Made by a program: the position numbers and the translations under genes. Positions 13,014 to 26,260 of a stretch of 64,000 bases of DNA are shown here, piece by piece. The DNA is taken from contig JAQGDQ010000544.1 in assembly GCA_030141605.1 (NCBI GenBank), positions 1 through 64,000 of the forward strand, written 5' to 3'. Numbering within the stretch: the stretch's first letter is position 1; each line of letters starts with the position of its first letter. A model generated the notes under the pieces. The model saw nothing but the letters and a program-made list of their open reading frames with translations, was not told the DNA's origin and searched no databases. This DNA is from Tubiluchus corallicola. Taxonomy: Eukaryota > Animalia > Priapulida.

Positions 13014-13369
13014 AAGCCTTTTCGCTGTGCGATGCGCACGCGTAATTGCTGTAGGTCAAAGGTTAAGTGTACCACAGCACGTGCTATGTGGGTAAAGCAA
13101 AGCCGTATGTCGCATCAGTTTAGAAATGTCATGCCTATTGATTTACTTACAGTGGACTTAATTATGTATTAGTTCGTGCGTAGAGCACAGATCTAGCGGG
13201 ATCTTGTTTGGAAATAAGAAAAAATGAACTAGGTAAGGTTCTAGCTGGCTATTAATACTGTTACTAGTAGCGTGGGCTGTGATGCGTTGTCAAATGCGTT
13301 GTTTGGTGCACTTAACCTTTGACCTTTTCACGATCATCATCAATCGCCGGAACTGTGAAATGGCTTATT
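13014..13369. mobile_element. MITE with bipartite inverted repeats (PIF/Harbinger-ISL2EU-like), copy 1
   Basis: Outer IR aagccttttc / gaaatggctt; inner 21-bp IR ggtcaaaggttaagtgtacca (13054) vs tggtgcacttaacctttgacc (~13304). Homologue at 60771. Confidence 0.7.
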
Positions 13370-13994
13370 GGTTGGTTTAACAGCATATTGCTTAAAACAC
13401 AATCCGTTAAAGAGCTTATCGTGTACATTACACTTTGCAGGTTAAAATACCTGTAATTAGCTATCATTTCAAATCAAGTCCTCTGCATCAATTTTAGCAC
13501 CTGTTACGTCGAACATCTGACAACTGCAGACCATCTTTTATTCTTTTCAGACAGGTATTGGACATTTGCAGGTATAAAATACCGCATTCATTTCTGAGCC
13601 TGTGTGTCATACTTGCTATGAAAGCTGATCTTTGCAGCCATTTTAACCTCTGCAAACAATTTCTAAATTTTTACCACCTTTTCTTTTTGCAATTTTGTTA
13701 CTGAATGAACGAAATACGAGCCAATGTGTCACAAAAAGATACACGACTGTTTTAATTCATTAATTCGTGTTGATAACAATCTTGCAGTTCTTTTCAATTA
13801 ACGTAAATAAAAGTAATTTTAATTATTATAATGCATTATTTATGAAAAAAGGTTTACATGCAGGCGTGTTTAACCAAATTCTCACACGTGCGCGCAATGC
13901 TTAACAGCTTGCTTACGATTATTGCACGCACGCACACATTGAGAAAGAAGACACGTTTACAAAAATTAGTCAGACAACTAATTAATTGAAGAAG

Positions 13995-14285
13995 GAAGTC
14001 CTGAAACCCATTTCATTTGAACCCAAAACCTTGGGCTTTCATGGCACATGCTCTACCAGTTGAGTTACTAATTCAACACAGCAAAGCTATTCTATAGTCA
14101 CACCCAAGTCAGAACCACACATTAAGAAGAACACCAGGCTTACAACAATTAGCTGAACGGCCAAATAACTGAAGGACCAGTGAAAAATTCTGGACCAACC
14201 AGGATTCGCAGGATTCGAACGCAGAATCTCCTGCTTACACGGTATGTGCTCTACCATTTGAGTTGTTGGTTCAACCTAGCAGAAC
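13995..14285 (-). mobile_element. Two tandem degenerate tRNA-like SINE heads
   Basis: Minus: aactcaaatggtagagcacatac...gcgttcgaatcc and aactcaactggtagagcatgtgcc...gggttcaaat, about 200 bp apart. Confidence 0.55.
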
Positions 14286-14773
14286 TGGTCTAAATACTTA
14301 CTCTCGTGGCGCACAATTATTCACACAGCTACGCAATTAGAGGAACAGAAAAATGTATTAAACTGTTCATAATTGTGCAAACACAATTAGGCAGTATGAA
14401 AACAAAAACTATTTTCATCGGTAAGTTCATTACACACACAGTTACTCATTAATAACAATTTTCTTTTTACTTTAATCACTTAACATGCAAACAACTTACC
14501 AGATGCGTCTTTAATTGTTTGGTTCTCACATAGAAGAAACATCTTGATAACCTCCTACGCATAATTTACCTGTAAAATATACATTTGAACATGGAATATT
14601 CAGTATTTGAGAGGATTAATCAACGAAGCAGATTAATGAGCAAAAGGTTAAAGGAAAACAGACTGATTTTTCATATATACCACAAATTTGATGGCAACGC
14701 CTCCATGTAGCGTTTGCCTGAAAGACTCTACAGAGAAAGGCACCCGCATGACCAAATAACAGAGTAGATTTAA

Positions 14774-15403
14774 AGGAAGATAGGATGGTTTTTCATAAAT
14801 TACCCCATTTTCAAGTTCGACAAAAGTATACGTTTTAACACAATTAATATTGCAAAAGCGTTTCTGCTAATTAAATAATAGGTTAAAAACTTAATTAACG
14901 GTGAGCGAGCCCAACTATGGATAACATCACAAACTAACATAATTTTCAACATCAAAAATATTCCACGAGCGTGTTGCGCGTGTTTGCAAAAGCAATAATA
15001 TAAGTACAGTGCTACTATTCAAATTCTGTACAATGCTGCTGTAAGATATTCAGTGTGTTGTACTACAACTAGGCAAGTTTTAAGATAAAAATTCAAGCTT
15101 CAAATTTACCGCTGTGCTCACGCATCAGCTGTCGAACGTGAGTAGTTCGCCACAAACTAACACATCTGAACCGAGAGGTATAACACGTGTTTTTTTGTGT
15201 GAAGCTTTCCGAAATGCAGCCGCTAGTGCCCGTCTAACTAGCAACGTCAAAATGCACGTAACAGTGAAGAACTGGCCGTAGGAACACGAAATTACTGTGT
15301 GTGGTAATAATTCTTTCAGGTAAGTCATTTTTGAAAAAATAGTATGTTTACTTTCAATATTTTAAAGAGTAGATTGTTTTGGCCTACTGGGTCTGGCTTT
15401 GCT
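14774..15403 (+). mobile_element. Kolobok-like element, copy 2
   Basis: TTAA|AGGAAGATAGGAT ... CTGGCTTTGCT|TTAA. Confidence 0.85.
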
Positions 15404-15754
15404 TTAACACATGGAGTGTTAATGTGCGCAATCAACAACACAACATAAATAAAGTTTTTTTGCCAATAAAGAGCTCATTGCTGTAGGAACCCCGTTATCG
15501 TTGCACGCTGGTGTTAGTGACTGCCGTTGCTACCGAGGCCAGTACTCACATACAATGCTTTTGAAGATACTGCTGCATTAGAACTTTATGTCAAAATCAA
15601 AACCTTATTCTCAAAATTCTTCGTGTTTTTGTTATTGTCGCAAGCATGAGTTTATCATGTCTATGGCCAACACATGCAGTTAGTCAGAGTTTAAGTTAAA
15701 AATAAAGATAATCGGCGAGTTTATAAAGAAAAATAAAACTTAATTTAATAACTT

Positions 15755-16102
<348 letters not shown>

Positions 16103-16520
16103 GTATGGTTATGAGGAATGCCTTGTGAGGAGGAGGAAGGCACTAGTACAAACTTCCAACGTCACGCCTGTGAAAAATTGTCTTTTCCTCATTAATCTTC
16201 TACGTTGATTAATTGTCTCCAATACTCACTGTTTCGTTTTGTAATACAAATTATCTGTCAAAGAAAATATTCCTCAGAAGTGATGAAATGGTACGCATTT
16301 CCCTGAAAATTGGCATGGTTTCTTTTTACAAAAAATAGCACGTAATTTTATTCATTATTCTTAATATAGCAAGAGAAAGGTAAATGAAAACAAACGACAG
16401 AGGCGAGTTTCTGGGGAATATCAATAGACGCAAAAATTAACCGGCTGAACAAATGCTAAAGGTGGGCCCTTGGTAGTCGTATAATCGTAAATTCATTAGA
16501 TGTGCCTGGTTAATAATATA

Positions 16521-16842
16521 CAAACTTGTTATTCCAAAAGGAACACTTCAGTTGAGATAGGAAAGATAATAGTCATCAAAGTGAATCTGGCACTCATGCA
16601 TTATAACATCATAATTACATCAATGTGATTTTTATGTCATTATTCCAATTTTTCCGTCAGACAAAATGAACCTGAAACTTGTGCGTTATAACATCATAAT
16701 GACATCAAAATGACTTTTGTGCCAATATTCAAATTTTCCTTCATGTAACTTTGCATGACCTAATTTACTGAACTGTGTACGGTGTAATTTTGGTTAGCTT
16801 ATATAGCATTTGCTAGTACACTGTTTCTTTTGGAACACCTTG
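16521..16842. mobile_element. Tc1/mariner-type MITE
   Basis: TA|caaacttgttattccaaaaggaac ... gtttcttttggaacaccttg|TA; related to 48905-49270. Confidence 0.6.
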
Positions 16843-17795
16843 TAGAAACGTTTATATTCCTGTAAAAAATTGATGGTTTTTAAAAACAAGTAGCAACTAA
16901 ATTCGATAGTTTCCCGAACGTAGTGCATTAACACGAAAATGAGCATAATTTCCCTAGAATTATATTTAAATTATTTTGAACGCATTCTGTGTTTATTTCA
17001 TTGATAGAGTAAATTAATTGCTTTATTGCGTGTTATTGCTTCATAATTTATGCTGTACAAGACAAGGGTAAAAAGCGGGTGTAACGTGACCATTTACTGT
17101 AATTTATTGTAATGAACTTACAACCGTTTTGCAATATAGCATAATTATTACAAGTTCTTGAACGCAGGCGTTTGTACTGATGAGCCTTGAAAATGACAGC
17201 TAAATATTGTGTGTTATAGAAATTCATATCAGTATAAGTAACGATTATATTAAATATGCGATTCTGAGGTCCAATAAAGTTTGACAAAAGTATATGGCTA
17301 AAATATTATTAACCATATAGGCTGATATTAATTAATTTATTTATTTGTTAATGTATTCCAACACATTCACGTATCGCAACAGGCTCATATGTGTACAAAA
17401 TCATTGTAATAATAATATATATATTGGATTTATATATACAGCTTATAAAAACTTATATTGCAAAAGAAGATACTGATCAAGCGATAATCATTTAGATAGA
17501 TGACATAGGTAGAGAACGATCTAGCACATAATGGTTTTTGTTTGTGAACTTATAAGGACTACTATAATGGAGTTTACATTTGTTTCTGCATTAGGAAGCA
17601 TTTCGCAGATAAAACCCATCGTCTTTTCCAGGCTAAGCCTATTTGTGTAAATCAATCGTGACAACACTTTTATTCGGACAGATTTTTATAAATCGAATTC
17701 TCCACAAATTTGATGGCAATGCCTTCATGTAGCGTTTGTCTGAAAGACTCTACAGAGAAAAGCACCCGCAGGACCAAATTACAGAGTAGATTTAA

Positions 17796-18330
17796 AGGAA
17801 GATAGGATGGTTTTTCATAAATTACCCCATTTTCAAGTTCGATAAAAGTATACGTTTTAACACAATTAATACTGCAAAAGCGTTTCTGCTAATTAAATAA
17901 TAGGCTAAAAACTTAATTAACGGTGAGCGAGTCCAACTATTGATAACATCACAAACGAACATAATTTTCAACCGCAAAATTATTCCACGAGCGTGTTGCG
18001 CGTGTTTGCGAAAACGAAAATTGAAGTACGGTGCTGCTGTAAGATATTCAGTGTACTAAACTAGGCAAGTTTTACGATAACAATTCAAATTTACCGCTGT
18101 GCTCACGTATGAGCTGTCAAACGTATGTAGTTCGTCACAAACTAACACATCTGAACTGAGCGGTACAGCACCTGTTTTTTGTGAAACGAGTTTTCGAAAT
18201 GCAGGCGCTAGGACTCGTCTAACCAGCGAATAGCGAAATGCATGCAACAGCTAAGAACTAATGGTGTGAACACGAAACTTTGTTTGTATGGTAATAGTTC
18301 TTCCACGGATTTCATTTTTGAAAAAAATTG
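17796..18330 (+). mobile_element. Kolobok-like element, copy 3 (3'-truncated)
   Basis: TTAA|AGGAAGATAGGAT start; homology ends near 18330. Confidence 0.85.
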
Positions 18331-18689
18331 TACATCCTGGTAACAAGCCTCGAACCGTACCGTGTGACAAAACGTCTGTGCTGTTTATAGCGCCGAAGAG
18401 CGCACACTTCATTAGTGCATTGTATTCTGCTTGTACACATGCTTCATCTTAAAAGTGTAATAAAATGTTTCTCTAAAACCATACTGACTAGTTTTGGGTT
18501 GTTTTTCAAACCTATTTCAATTATCAGTATTTCTAGCACTTTATGCAATTCATCTAGTATTGAACAGCAAGATTTACTCAGTTTAGACGATTGTCACAAG
18601 ACAATTCTGGTTAGACGTGCCTCTGAATTGCCCGAATTATTTTAGCCTCATTATCTCAGAAATGGCCCAGAAACAGTACGGCGAATGAA

Positions 18690-18760
18690 ACCATCCAAAA
18701 GGCGGTCACGTGTCTGGGTACTGATCAGCCTAGGTGCTGGTTGACTTCGTACGCGAGTAC
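18690..18760 (-). pseudogene. 5S rRNA-derived fragment (SINE3-like head or 5S pseudogene)
   Basis: Minus: cgaagtcaaccagcacctaggctgatcagtacccagacacgtgaccgcc resembles the 5S internal control region (gaagttaagc...tcagtacttggatgggtgaccgcc). Confidence 0.4.
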
Positions 18761-20448
18761 ACTTGCGTGACCATTGGGGTAATCACTACTCTCGCTATTT
18801 TAGTGATGCGTGCAAATACGTAGCCCTGATGCCAATTTAAGCAACAATATTGCAGTTAATTAATAACACATAATAAACATAGCGTATATAAGAGCATTGA
18901 CAACATGGACGAGGAGCTTTGCAGCCACCGCCGGATTGGGTTTGTGACTGACTTTAATGTCAAACTAAACCCCCAATCCCTCTTTATAATATAAGCTTCC
19001 ACAACTTTGAATCCTACTTTCATTACAAATATTTAATTCATTTTATTATAAACTTACTGTAAATCTTGTTTCTTTTGATTTTTTGTTATTTCGCTGTTAG
19101 CGGTTTTAAATTTGAAGAACCGTCATTTTTCGTTGTGGGAGACGAATGACGTAATGAATACAGTCACGAGGTCACCAACATCGGTAAACAAACGTCCGTA
19201 ACCAAGGACGCTTCTGTACCTCGTACGTCATTCTCGCTCACTCGCGCCATTGACGAGAAACATGGCGATCTTCACGGCGATGCACACATTGGAAATTCAC
19301 CAAAAAAGGTAAGTTATTTAATTCTCTTTTTTTAATAATAACTATAAATTCTTTGTGTAAACATAATAATGCGTTAAAAAACTTCAGTGTCTGTTTGGGT
19401 AATATAGCCCTTTAAGTACTTGTGTGACGTCATACTGACAGCACGCTTTTTGGAGAAGGGGTTCTCATTACACTCTATAGTGTCAAATCGTATAGAAGTG
19501 TATAATAATGTATATTTAGAATTCTAAATTCTTTGAAACGCCTAGCCGTTGTTACCGCAAGGCAATCGTTGCCGCCATGATTCGTATGAATATGTGATGA
19601 CAGATTTAAATTTGATGAACTGTCTTTTTTAAAGAAATTCTGAAGCTGTGCTGAATTTCGTGTATTTTTCACAATAGCCCCACTTTTTACAACATTACTA
19701 AAATCAAAAAGCACATTTTTAATGTTATGATTTTTCGCTTTATTTTGTCGTCAGAAATTTACTGTGGTTATTATAAACAAATGTTGCTAGACACACTATT
19801 CTGCACCCCATGGCAGCCCAGTTCTAGTTAAGTGTTATCATAAGTAAATATAAACGTATTTTATACATTTTGGCCATTATATTATTTGTCATTTGACGTG
19901 ATTCTTCAGATACATGCTACTTTATTATTCCCTGACACTCTTATATGTTCTTGCGACCACGTGACAACAGGAAGGATAGTCACATTTTCTTAACTGGTTG
20001 CTGCTAACAGAGTTACTAGGAAGCTCATTTTACGCTTCATTGCTTACCTCAGCCAAGTTGACTCTTATAGTGTCTTACACATTCACTTTAGCTGTTAACT
20101 TAGTTGTCGAGAATCGATGTTATCAGGAACTCTAATTGTGGGGAACTAATTAAAGCTCATTAACTATCCTAGGTATAATTTATTACAAAATTCTAAACAT
20201 GCTAATAAGGATATATATTCTTCCACAAATTTTACTTATCCAGGGCTATTCTAAATTGTACGTATGTATTGCGTATGGCATTATAATGTTGTTCCATACA
20301 TTTTTGTGTTAAATTTCTGTGTACGCTGGTTTTTAGTTTGCACTGGACGCATTTGCTTCTAACACTTATGTGAAATTTATTCGCATACTGCCGTGTTCTT
20401 GTATGCCTTTATGCTTATGAATATCGATTTTATTGGTAAATAAAGAAC

Positions 20449-20461
20449 TATTATTATTATT

Positions 20462-20520
<59 letters not shown>

Positions 20521-20570
20521 GTTGTTATTGTTATTATTATTATTATTATTATTATTTGTTATTATTATTA
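20449..20570. repeat. (ATT)/(GTT) microsatellite, tail of a retroelement 3' end
   Basis: Follows aataaa at ~20439. Confidence 0.9.
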
Positions 20571-20779
20571 ATAGCTCCTACTTCATGAAAAGTGTGGCTG
20601 ATTCGATAACTCTGGTTTGTTGCCACGTTTTTCCCTTTATGAGTTATTTATGGTTCTTCAATCGCCTTTATGCTTATGAATATCGATTTTATTGGCAAAT
20701 AAAGATGATAACTATTATTATTATTTTTAAGTGGTGTTCTTGAAACTTGCGCGGGGGTTCAATTAATCCATGCATTAAT

Positions 20780-21090
20780 GAACGTCATTTTATTCGGGAT
20801 TCTTATCCATGGAATTCTCTACCAGAAAATTATTTCTCTGGAAACTACAACCTCATTTTTTTCTGAAAACTACTGTCTCGCTCGATTCAAGAAGAAGTTC
20901 AAGAAACATTCTATCTCTAGCAAATCAGTGTGTAAATTCCGATTCTCTAGACTTGTCTTCAAATCTTCATCTTTTTACTCACTTCAAGAAGGACTTCAGT
21001 GTAGTGGACCTTTGACCTTGAATTGAGATGATGTGTTCCTTACCCTTGGTACTTTGCTGTCTCTGAGACGAGTTGAATAACAACAAATAA
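20780..21090 (+). mobile_element. CR1/Jockey-like LINE 3' end
   Basis: FIRDSYPWNSLPENYFSGNYNL and FKKKFKKH match the WNxLP..YNL..FK C-terminal pattern of CR1-group ORF2. Confidence 0.55.
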
Positions 21091-21789
21091 GACTAATTCT
21101 TTCCTAGTCAGACACGAAGGGAATTAAATATGCTTAAGGATGTCTGTATGTAGAAGGTTGTGTCTGGGTGATGATTAAGCAAAGCATAAGAGCATCTGTT
21201 GCAGCCTTTAAAGCGATAATAGACGATGCAAATGGGAATCGAACCAAAGTCAAGGCTACTAATTGCTGACCATGAGATTCGTTGCTCGCTGAGGCAGTTC
21301 GATCTCGTCTGTTTATAACCTTGCTTCTTTCAAATTACGTAATTAAAACTCTTTACATACGTACAATTAATTACGTAATTAAGATTAAGTAATTAAGTCA
21401 CCATTACTCCACATTAATGGAGCTGAATGCAGTAAGTCGAAATATTACTCAGGTGATTTATCAAGTGAACTGAACGTTTACTATTTTTGGATGCCACAAT
21501 TAGATATAAATGTACAGCAACCTTAGTTGAGTCAACGTATATTATATTCACTAAAACGATTGTCGCAGGCTGTTGCAAGAGTAAAACAGTCACGATCAAC
21601 TTCAAATACTTGCCGAAGCGGTATGCATAGGTAGAATCCAGTCCTGACCGGATCTTGCTCTTGTAATTTACCCCCATCTAGGCGGCTAAGTTATAGATTA
21701 TTTGATTAGTTTACATAGACGATTACACTGATTAATATTGTTTGTTTGTTTGCACTATTGTTATCGTTGTTTGTGTACGTAAATATTAT

Positions 21790-21794
<5 letters not shown>

Positions 21795-21826
<32 letters not shown>

Positions 21827-21847
21827 CGTGTGGTGTGTGTGTGTGTG

Positions 21848-21935
<88 letters not shown>
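21795..21935. repeat. (TG)n microsatellite
   Basis: Seen directly. Confidence 0.97.
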
Positions 21936-21936
<1 letters not shown>

Positions 21937-23178
21937 AGCATTACAAGTAATTGTTTCTCCCTTTAAAGTGACAGTTTAAAACACAAGTAAGTACAGTGTC
22001 CTGCATATAAATACGTTTCTCTTTTTTAATAACGTTTTATCTGCCTTGGTTAATAACGGAAATGTAATTTAGGACCCTCGGATCATTCAGCGCTCCCCCC
22101 TTGAAACTATGAATTGTTTCAACCTCACGGCCTTTTCTTTATAACGATCACGTAAACTAGCAAAGGTCCCGCAAAAAATTTTGTAAACACACTTATAATC
22201 AATAATGCGCGAATAGTCCTCATTTATAACGCAAAGCCAGTAGCAGCTTTTACTGAATTAAAGTTATAGACAGAGTATAATGGATGACGTCAGAACAATG
22301 GCATTCCGTCAGCAGTTTTCCAAGCGAAAATTGCCAAAAATAGAACATCTAATTAACTCGTCGGTTCTCCTTTTTGTGGACGTGCCATAAAATATAGCCC
22401 ACATCATCGTGTAGCCCTGTTCTTCGTCTTTCTAAAGAACTATATAACTTTCGAGAGTCCCACCAGGCGCCGCTAGAACGTTTTTTCCGCATGCTGTTTG
22501 GTCAAAATTTTGAAAAAATCGCGACTTTGCTCCGGGAAAACGCCCGTTACGGGACGCCGTGGCCCTCTCGCAAATTCTAAATACGCCTATGACACCCACC
22601 GCTGAGCGGGCTATCTATCCATGGTCAGCACCACTCCCGGCCCGTTCCCGTTCTCCAGAAATAAGAGGTATAAGTTTTGCAAAAAAACGGCCGAAAACGT
22701 AATAAATCGAGTTTTTCGTAGTGGCTCATATACTATGTAGCTACTCTTCAAACACTGATGGAAAAATGAATGCTTTTTGTTTCCTTTACTCTGAAAACAA
22801 TTATTCTATTTTCTACCGACTGGTATTTGCAACACTGGCTTAACAATTAAGAAGCCTCTGCTTGTAATTTTGTGAAGGGGTATTGAGACAGGATTCCAAT
22901 GAAAGGCCAAGGAAGCTTACAGATCTATGCGTCTAATAACCTAGCTTTAAGTCGATGGCTACAATAACCTTTTCAGTTTTCAGGCTGCACTAGTTAATCC
23001 TTTCCTTGGTTCATTGGCGACTTCTGACGCGCTGAAGTTTTAGTAAAACTCCAAGAAGATTACTTTTCGGTTAAATTTAAAGCGAGTGGTCATCTGTGTT
23101 TGGGTAACTCGGAAACAAAGTTACTTCTGCCGCGGTACTGAACAGTATTCATATTTTTATGAAATAAAGAAAATATTT

Positions 23179-23260
23179 ATACCACCTCTGGCGAGGTTTG
23201 GCTCCAAAGTTAAGATAGCACTAAGACTGATCAGCAAGTGGATGGACGTTCTAAGCGGTT
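23179..23260 (+). pseudogene. Second 5S-like head
   Basis: ataccac...aaagttaagatagcactaagactgatcagcaagtggatgg; shares agcac..ctgatcag with the 18690 fragment. Confidence 0.3.
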
Positions 23261-23678
23261 TCCCCTACTGGTTCAGTGGGTATGAGTTAGGACCCGGTCA
23301 CGCTTCGTGTAGGACCAGTGAATGCTGTATTTGAACACAAAATCACAAATTCGCAAATGAAAGGCAAAAAGATGCGTACTGTCATTTTTTGTGTTGAAAT
23401 AAAAGAATAAATAAATAAATAAAAAAGAACACCAATGATCGCGGATATGCTAAAGAAAAACTAAAATCCACGATAGCGCAAAGTATACCAACACTTGGAA
23501 ATGCTAGAAGAATTAGAATATTGGACTTTCTTCACTTGACCACAAGGGACTGAGTAGTCTAAGAGAAGACAAAATCTTTAACTTTGATTCAATAGGCATA
23601 TTATGTAAAGCAATTGATGGCTTGCTCGACTAAAAAAAGGGATTCATTGTTATTAGCGCTGTTATTAGATCTATTCTT

Positions 23679-23865
23679 GGAGGGACTTCGCGATTCCCCA
23701 CACAATTTTAATATCCTAACCCCAACCCTAACCCCAACGCTAACCCCCACCCTAACCCCAACGCTAACCCCAACGCTAACCCCAACGCTAACCCCAACCC
23801 TAACCCTAATTCTAATCTGCTTCACGAACTAATTTCATGTGTTTGGGGAATTGCAAACTTTGGCC
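23679..23865 (+). mobile_element. Telomere-repeat-carrying MITE (MULE-like), copy 1
   Basis: IR cgcgattccccacaca / tgtgtttggggaattgca around a (CCCTAA/CCCCAA/CGCTAA)n array, plus conserved cttcacgaactaat; TSD degenerate. Confidence 0.75.
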
Positions 23866-24794
23866 ACATTTTCTTTTTTACCTTTTCATCGGTGCCTTAT
23901 TTTATTTTCAAACATTTTCTCACTCTGGCAGTTATCGTACACAGATGCACATATTTCTTCAGTCTTGATTATTTATTCTATATTGTGATTGTGTTCTTAC
24001 AAAATTTTCGTTAAATTTTTGCTCACATGCGTTGCTGTACCTTTCACTTACTATCACCAGTGTCTAGTACTTGATAAAACCTTATTATAAAACAGGATTA
24101 AACCTGCCATCCAACATAAAAACGATGAAAGTGATGAATGGGAATCTTATACATTATAAGTCTTATTATAAGCTAGTATTTTAAGCCTTTCATCGTCGTT
24201 CGTCTCATCAAAACCTGGACTGTAAGGTATTACACAGTGTGTTGGTGATTGGACTATTCTCCGTCTCAGTCTGCGCATGCGCGCACCAGGGTGACTTTAT
24301 TCTTTGTAAAGCAAGGTTTAATTACGTGTCGTTTCTATTTGATTAGATTCTCCTGATGATTAACAATCAATCTGAGGAGAGGAAAGCCGCTTTACACTAT
24401 TGTGCTGGTCACTGCTTTTGGCTAAATATAGACATGTCCGGATGAAGCCAGATAATGCCAACCTTGGTTCCGAAAAAGCCACGTGGGTTGGGGGCGCAAA
24501 TCATACACGCCTCTCACACACGTTTCCCCCGGTGAGTAATTGTGCTTTTGTTTAGCTTTACCTCAGCCGGACGAGACAGTTAATTGGCACTGGAAGGAAA
24601 AACAGGATTAAACAGGAAGAAAAGAACATTAAACAGGAAGAAGGAGAAGAGATCACATGCATTTTCAAAGATGAAATTAAGTGCAAAATATGCAAATACC
24701 ATACGCAAAATTAATAAATGAAAGTAATATTGTGTACATCAGTCAGAATTATAAGCACATGAAAGAGCCACCTTCTGGGAATCAACATGATGTA

Positions 24795-24967
<173 letters not shown>

Positions 24968-25113
24968 GATTTCAGACATTTACAGTCCATAGAGAAAGAA
25001 TAAAAATAAGGCACAAATAAAAACACAGAGTTAGTTTGTAGTAACATAGTAGCTTATGTACAAGAAAGTGTTAGTTAAAATGGGTACAAAAAGGGGCCCT
25101 CAACGATGTTTTT

Positions 25114-25157
25114 GAGGCAGACGATCGTTTCGACATACGTGTCATTTTCAAAGCTGG
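25114..25157 (-). ncRNA. Degenerate minimal type I hammerhead ribozyme motif (Penelope-type)
   Basis: Minus: ttgaaaa tgaca cgta tgtc GAAA cgatcg TC; stem II and palindromic stem III intact, CUGANGA core mutated. Confidence 0.5.
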
Positions 25158-25479
25158 AGATCAAGCCGAAAAGAATAATTAGGACACTGCAATACTACGG
25201 CACAAAACATCATTACAAAATGAAAAGAGTGGAATTTAAATTGTCACAATAAACGTAGAAATAACGTAGAGAGTTGTATCAATAAAGCGTAAAAAATGTG
25301 TACCTTAATATGAGGAAAGATTCAGATTCAGAAAAAGATGATAAGACAATAAACAGGTCAACATAATGGGAGCCACTGTAGAAAGCGTTAGAAGAACGGA
25401 AAAAAAGTTTTGCAAATTTCCATTTCTATAACCAGAGGAAACACAATACGGGAAACCTACAACATTTCACATTTGTCGT

Positions 25480-26260
25480 TGTAACATATGCACAACAGCA
25501 CATCACATAATAATATCAAATTATCAAAAAGATTCACGAGATGCGTTTAAATAGTTAGTCCTGTTTTATCGTCATTTTAAATTTTCTTCTGAATGTGCTT
25601 TTTTCAAGACTTCTCATCAAGGTTGTATTTCCTAATAATATAAACTAAAATCTTTATTAAAACAGGCTACCTAAATACAGTTTCGTCCATGTGTAGAAAA
25701 CGAGACGAGTAACCTTCATACCACCTCTCCCAATAATTAGTTCTATGTTGTCTCTTTGTATCACCTTGGAATTTCATATAACTGATTCAAGTAGAACAGC
25801 ATTCCCGTAGATTCTTGTTAACACAGACGTATCTAACTTTGGAGACACTTGTATACAAATTCAAATTCTCAAACATGATGAAAAGAACTTCTATTAAATA
25901 GCCATTTTCTTTTCTGCTGACCGAGTAACTCGCATTAAAACACTGTCACAGCTATATTTGAAAAGATTTATGCAGTTGTGAAGATTGTAAACAAGAGCGG
26001 AGACAAAGCTTCGCCTTGAGGTGTACTGACGAATAACTCTTAAACAGTTGTTATATTCTCACCATAGGCTCTTTTAACGGAACAATAATTTTCTCGGGTC
26101 AGCTATTTAAGAAATACCCAATCCAACACATAATCCGATTTTCTATTTAACGTTCTGACAAAGCATAGTTGTGAAATTGAAAACCAAGCTATGGTCGATG
26201 TTACGACACACGTTTTCTTATCAAACGCCCCAATATAAACTAATCTAAGATAACAATTTG
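25480..26260 (-). mobile_element. Highly decayed non-LTR RT fragment
   Basis: Minus: STPQGEALSPLLFTIF (~25975-26030), then KYSCDSVLM at the expected YADD position. Confidence 0.65.

Noticed and set aside
17177-17200. CTGATGA-gcctt-GAAA hammerhead-like core
   Set aside because: No stem II, III or I pairing.
23601-23832. (LTPT)n / (VGVS)n ORFs, or a chromosome end
   Set aside because: Short degenerate telomere-like array inside a MITE; not terminal and not coding.
24437-24480. cggatga...gaaa hammerhead-like motif
   Set aside because: Core mismatch and no stem III or cleavage triplet.
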